Source: Candidatus Diapherotrites archaeon CG08_land_8_20_14_0_20_30_16
GTDB lineage: Archaea; Iainarchaeota; Iainarchaeia; Iainarchaeales; 0-14-0-20-30-16
DNA length: 16,332 bases
Assembly (NCBI GenBank): GCA_002779075.1
Contig: PEXK01000055.1
Coordinates: 1 to 16,332 of the forward strand
Reading direction: 5' to 3'
Below the pieces are notes generated by a model. That model saw only the letters and a list, made by a program, of their open reading frames with translations. It was not told the DNA's origin and ran no database searches. Made by a program: the position numbers and the translations under genes. Positions 14,553-16,332 of this stretch are shown one piece after another. How positions within the stretch are numbered: position 1 is the first letter of the stretch; the number at the start of each line of letters is the position of its first letter.

Positions 14553-14617
14553 ATACTTAGAATTCACACGTATTAAGGATAATATATAGAAGAATTAATA
14601 AATATATCTAAGTTTGG

Positions 14618-14986
14618 GTGAAGAGTTTGCAGGAAATCAGACTATATATGCATTATGAAAAACATACTCGTGTTCCTGAGTATGCTCTTTTAGAAGCACT
14701 TGGCTTTGACAAAAATAAAGACAAAATATCAAAATTATTAGAAGAATTAAAGAAAAAACCACAAAGCAGTGTTGAATTGAGCAAAAATACAAAATTAACA
14801 AGAAGCACAATCAATTATTATTTGGATATTTTAATGAATCGTGGATTGGTGTACTACTATGATCACAAATTTTATTTAGCAGGCTCGAGATTTACACAAA
14901 TAATTCAATATATGGAAATTGAGACAACAAAAACAATGCAGAAACTGAAAGAATTGGCAAAAGAAATAGATTCGGAATACAAGTGA
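14618..14986 (+). CDS. small winged-helix (ArsR/TrmB/BlaI-like) transcriptional regulator
   Basis: 122 aa. 'ISKLLEELKKKPQSSVELSKNTKLTRSTINYYLDILMNRGLVYYYDHKFYL' reads as helix-turn-helix plus wing, followed by a C-terminal helical tail. The start is GTG at 14618 or ATG at 14648, and this is unresolved. It is divergent from the giant gene across a spacer of about 50 bp. Confidence 0.7.
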   Translation: MKSLQEIRLYMHYEKHTRVPEYALLEALGFDKNKDKISKLLEELKKKPQSSVELSKNTKLTRSTINYYLDILMNRGLVYYYDHKFYLAGSRFTQIIQYMEIETTKTMQKLKELAKEIDSEYK

Positions 14987-14990
14987 CAAT

Positions 14991-15509
14991 ATGTTTAGAC
15001 TTCTTTTTTACCCTGGAGTAATAATGCATGAAATCTTTCATATAATTGGTTGTATAATTTTAAATGTAAGAATAAGTAAAATAAGTTTTGGATTGCAAGA
15101 ATCATATGTAAAACACGAGCAAGCAGGGCCAGTAAGAATGTCATTGATTGCTTTAGCTCCTTTTTATTTGGGTGCTGCAGTAGGTGTACTTCTGTTTATG
15201 CTTGCAAATAAAACATATTATTCTGAATTGCTTTGGTTTATTTTGTTGAATTATTTGGGAATTTGTATTTTGTATAATTCTATACCGAGTGCACAAGATA
15301 CAAAAAACATAAATAATTCTATAAAACTAGAAATAAAAAAAGAGTGGAAAAAAACTTTTGGTAACAAGTTATTTGGGATAATAAAAACCATTATTTTCTA
15401 TTTGCCTATTTTCTTGGTTGCCTTATTTGTAAGTGTTTTTGACAAATTCGATATTCTAAGGGCTTTCTATGTCCTTTTCATATTTATGCTTGTTTATGGG
15501 TTAATTTAA
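14991..15509 (+). CDS. small polytopic membrane protein with HExxH and NxxPxxxD motifs (putative intramembrane zinc metalloprotease)
   Basis: 172 aa with about 5 hydrophobic helices. 'YPGVIMHEIFHIIGC' (HExxH at 15027-15041) lies at the start of helix 1. 'NSIPSAQD' (15276-15299) at the end of helix 3 resembles the site-2-protease NxxPxxxxDG motif. The ATG is 4 nt after the regulator stop, and SD-like AAGTGA overlaps that stop. Confidence 0.7.
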   Translation: MFRLLFYPGVIMHEIFHIIGCIILNVRISKISFGLQESYVKHEQAGPVRMSLIALAPFYLGAAVGVLLFMLANKTYYSELLWFILLNYLGICILYNSIPSAQDTKNINNSIKLEIKKEWKKTFGNKLFGIIKTIIFYLPIFLVALFVSVFDKFDILRAFYVLFIFMLVYGLI

Positions 15510-15629
15510 GCAACACTTTTAAATCCTAGCCTTCAAAATATATATTAAAAATATATAAACGGCCTCATTTAGTTTGTTTAAAAAGTTACAGTATGTTCTT
15601 TTACAGTAGCCCTTTTGTGAAAAAATGGG

Positions 15630-15702
15630 GAGCCTATGGTCCAGCGGTTACGACGTCGCCCTTACAAGGCGAAGATCCCCGGTTCAATCCCGGGTAGGCT
15701 CA
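15630..15702 (+). tRNA. tRNA-Val (anticodon TAC)
   Basis: 73-nt cloverleaf. Acceptor GAGCCTA/TAGGCTC, D arm GTCC-AGCGGTTA-CGAC (3 bp plus one mismatch), anticodon stem TCGCC/GGCGA with loop CTTACAA, T arm CCCGG-TTCAATC-CCGGG, discriminator A. No encoded CCA. Confidence 0.92.
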
Positions 15703-15985
15703 CTACCATACTTTCTTTGCAAAGAAAGCAGAGTGTAGAAAATAACACAGTTGTACCAAAAAAAGAAAGAAAACTATGCTATTTATGACTCTTTTGCATT
15801 ACCTAAAATTAATATGAGTTTTGGGGTGCACAGAGTGTTGTAAAGGCAAAAGGCCTTACAACAACTTGTAAAAGATTCTTTTGCGAAGGTTATGAATCTT
15901 ATACACGAGGCCTTTTGTTTAAAAGGCTAGGTGTATGTTTGAGTGAAACGAAACATACTGGACGTAAATCGATCAAACGGTTTAA

Positions 15986-16068
15986 GCAGGGGTTCCAGAG
16001 TGGTCAAATGGGCAGGACTCAAGATCCTGTGGCGTAGGCCTTCGAGAGTTCGAGCCTCTCTCCCTGCA
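15986..16068 (+). tRNA. tRNA-Leu (anticodon CAA), type II with long variable arm
   Basis: 83 nt. Acceptor GCAGGGG/TCCCTGC, anticodon stem CAGGA/TCCTG with loop CTCAAGA, variable arm TGGCGTAGGCCTTC (GGC-GTAG-GCC stem-loop), T arm GAGAG-TTCGAGC-CTCTC, discriminator A. Confidence 0.93.
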
Positions 16069-16332
16069 TCAATATGGCTCACGAAGTGAGAGCTATTGAG
16101 GTATATGTGCAAAGCACATTGCATCAAAATGGCTTCTTTTTCAGAAAAGCTTTTGATGACTCTAAAGGCTGCATCAATATGGCTCACGAAGTGAGAGCTA
16201 TTGATGTGTGTGTCTAAATTTTTGTAAATAATTTAGACTCCGCATCACAAAGGCATTTGAAGAATAACTTGTGATGACTCTGAAATTGGCATCACAAAGG
16301 CATTTGAAGAATAACTTGTGATGACTCTGAAA
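16066..16332 (+). repeat. array of five related hairpin units (GCATCAnnA ... TnnTGATG) starting in the tRNA-Leu 3' end and truncated by the window edge
   Basis: Units at 16066-16101, 16121-16158, 16171-16206, 16242-16276 and 16289-16323. Units 1 and 3 share a 36-bp exact repeat (16064-16099 = 16169-16204). Units 4 and 5 form a 47-bp tandem repeat (16242-16285 = 16289-16332). Units 2, 4 and 5 are followed by ACTCT(A/G)AA. Function unknown. Confidence 0.7.

Noticed and set aside
14568-14617. Operator palindrome in the divergent spacer between the giant gene and the wHTH gene
   Set aside because: The spacer is almost pure A/T with overlapping TATA-like strings. I could not identify a convincing dyad beyond what composition alone would give.
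15927-16187. 86-aa minus-strand ORF with repeated 'SHIDA' motif
   Set aside because: It runs antisense straight through tRNA-Leu and the 36-bp direct repeats, which is what creates the repeated peptide. There is no start context, so it is an artefact.
16066-16332. Possible CRISPR array (repeated ~36-nt palindromic units at the window edge)
   Set aside because: The repeated units differ from one another in their loops, and the inter-unit linkers are only about 10-35 nt and partly repeated themselves. There is no constant-repeat / unique-spacer periodicity, and no cas genes or leader are visible.
16154-16332. C/D box sRNAs (UGAUGA and CUGA boxes present in GTGATGACTCTGA)
   Set aside because: The C-like and D-like boxes are only 2 nt apart and in C-then-D order. 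This leaves no 10-12-nt guide, and no properly spaced D'/C' pair exists. The best alternative, UGAAGA as C', gives a 16-nt spacer. The minus strand has no CUGA. H/ACA is also unlikely: the internal loop is only 3x3 nt and no ACA follows the stem.

Overview
Visibly AT-rich archaeal chromosome segment (GC not computed). The archaeal assignment rests on archaeal-type DnaG primase, ribosomal proteins eS1/S3Ae and uS15, UPF0147, archaeal-type AsnRS, TATA-box promoters and tRNAs without encoded CCA. The gene content and giant surface protein suggest a small-genome, DPANN-like organism, but that is inference only. Housekeeping genes (asnS, dnaG, a DUF167 gene, a tRNA-binding protein, a UPF0147 gene, rps3ae, rps15, tRNA-Arg/Val/Leu) are interleaved with accessory modules. 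These include two standalone archaeal AAA+ ATPases with COG1373-like and COG1672-like motif patterns. They also include a divergent UDG-superfamily glycosylase and a wHTH-MNT/HEPN toxin-antitoxin-like pair. I found no rRNA, CRISPR array, cas gene, transposase or integrase. Three candidates stand out. (1) A roughly 1,340-aa surface protein anchored at both ends, with an internal fusion-peptide-like hydrophobic segment and a long coiled-coil stalk. It is divergently paired with a wHTH regulator plus a minimal HExxH/NxxPxxxD membrane metalloprotease operon. (2) An array of hairpin units with compensatory stem changes that starts inside the 3' end of tRNA-Leu and runs off the window edge. (3) Paired palindromic repeats and other structured elements in ORF-free spacers. 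All functional calls come from motif recognition by eye, and no database search was possible.
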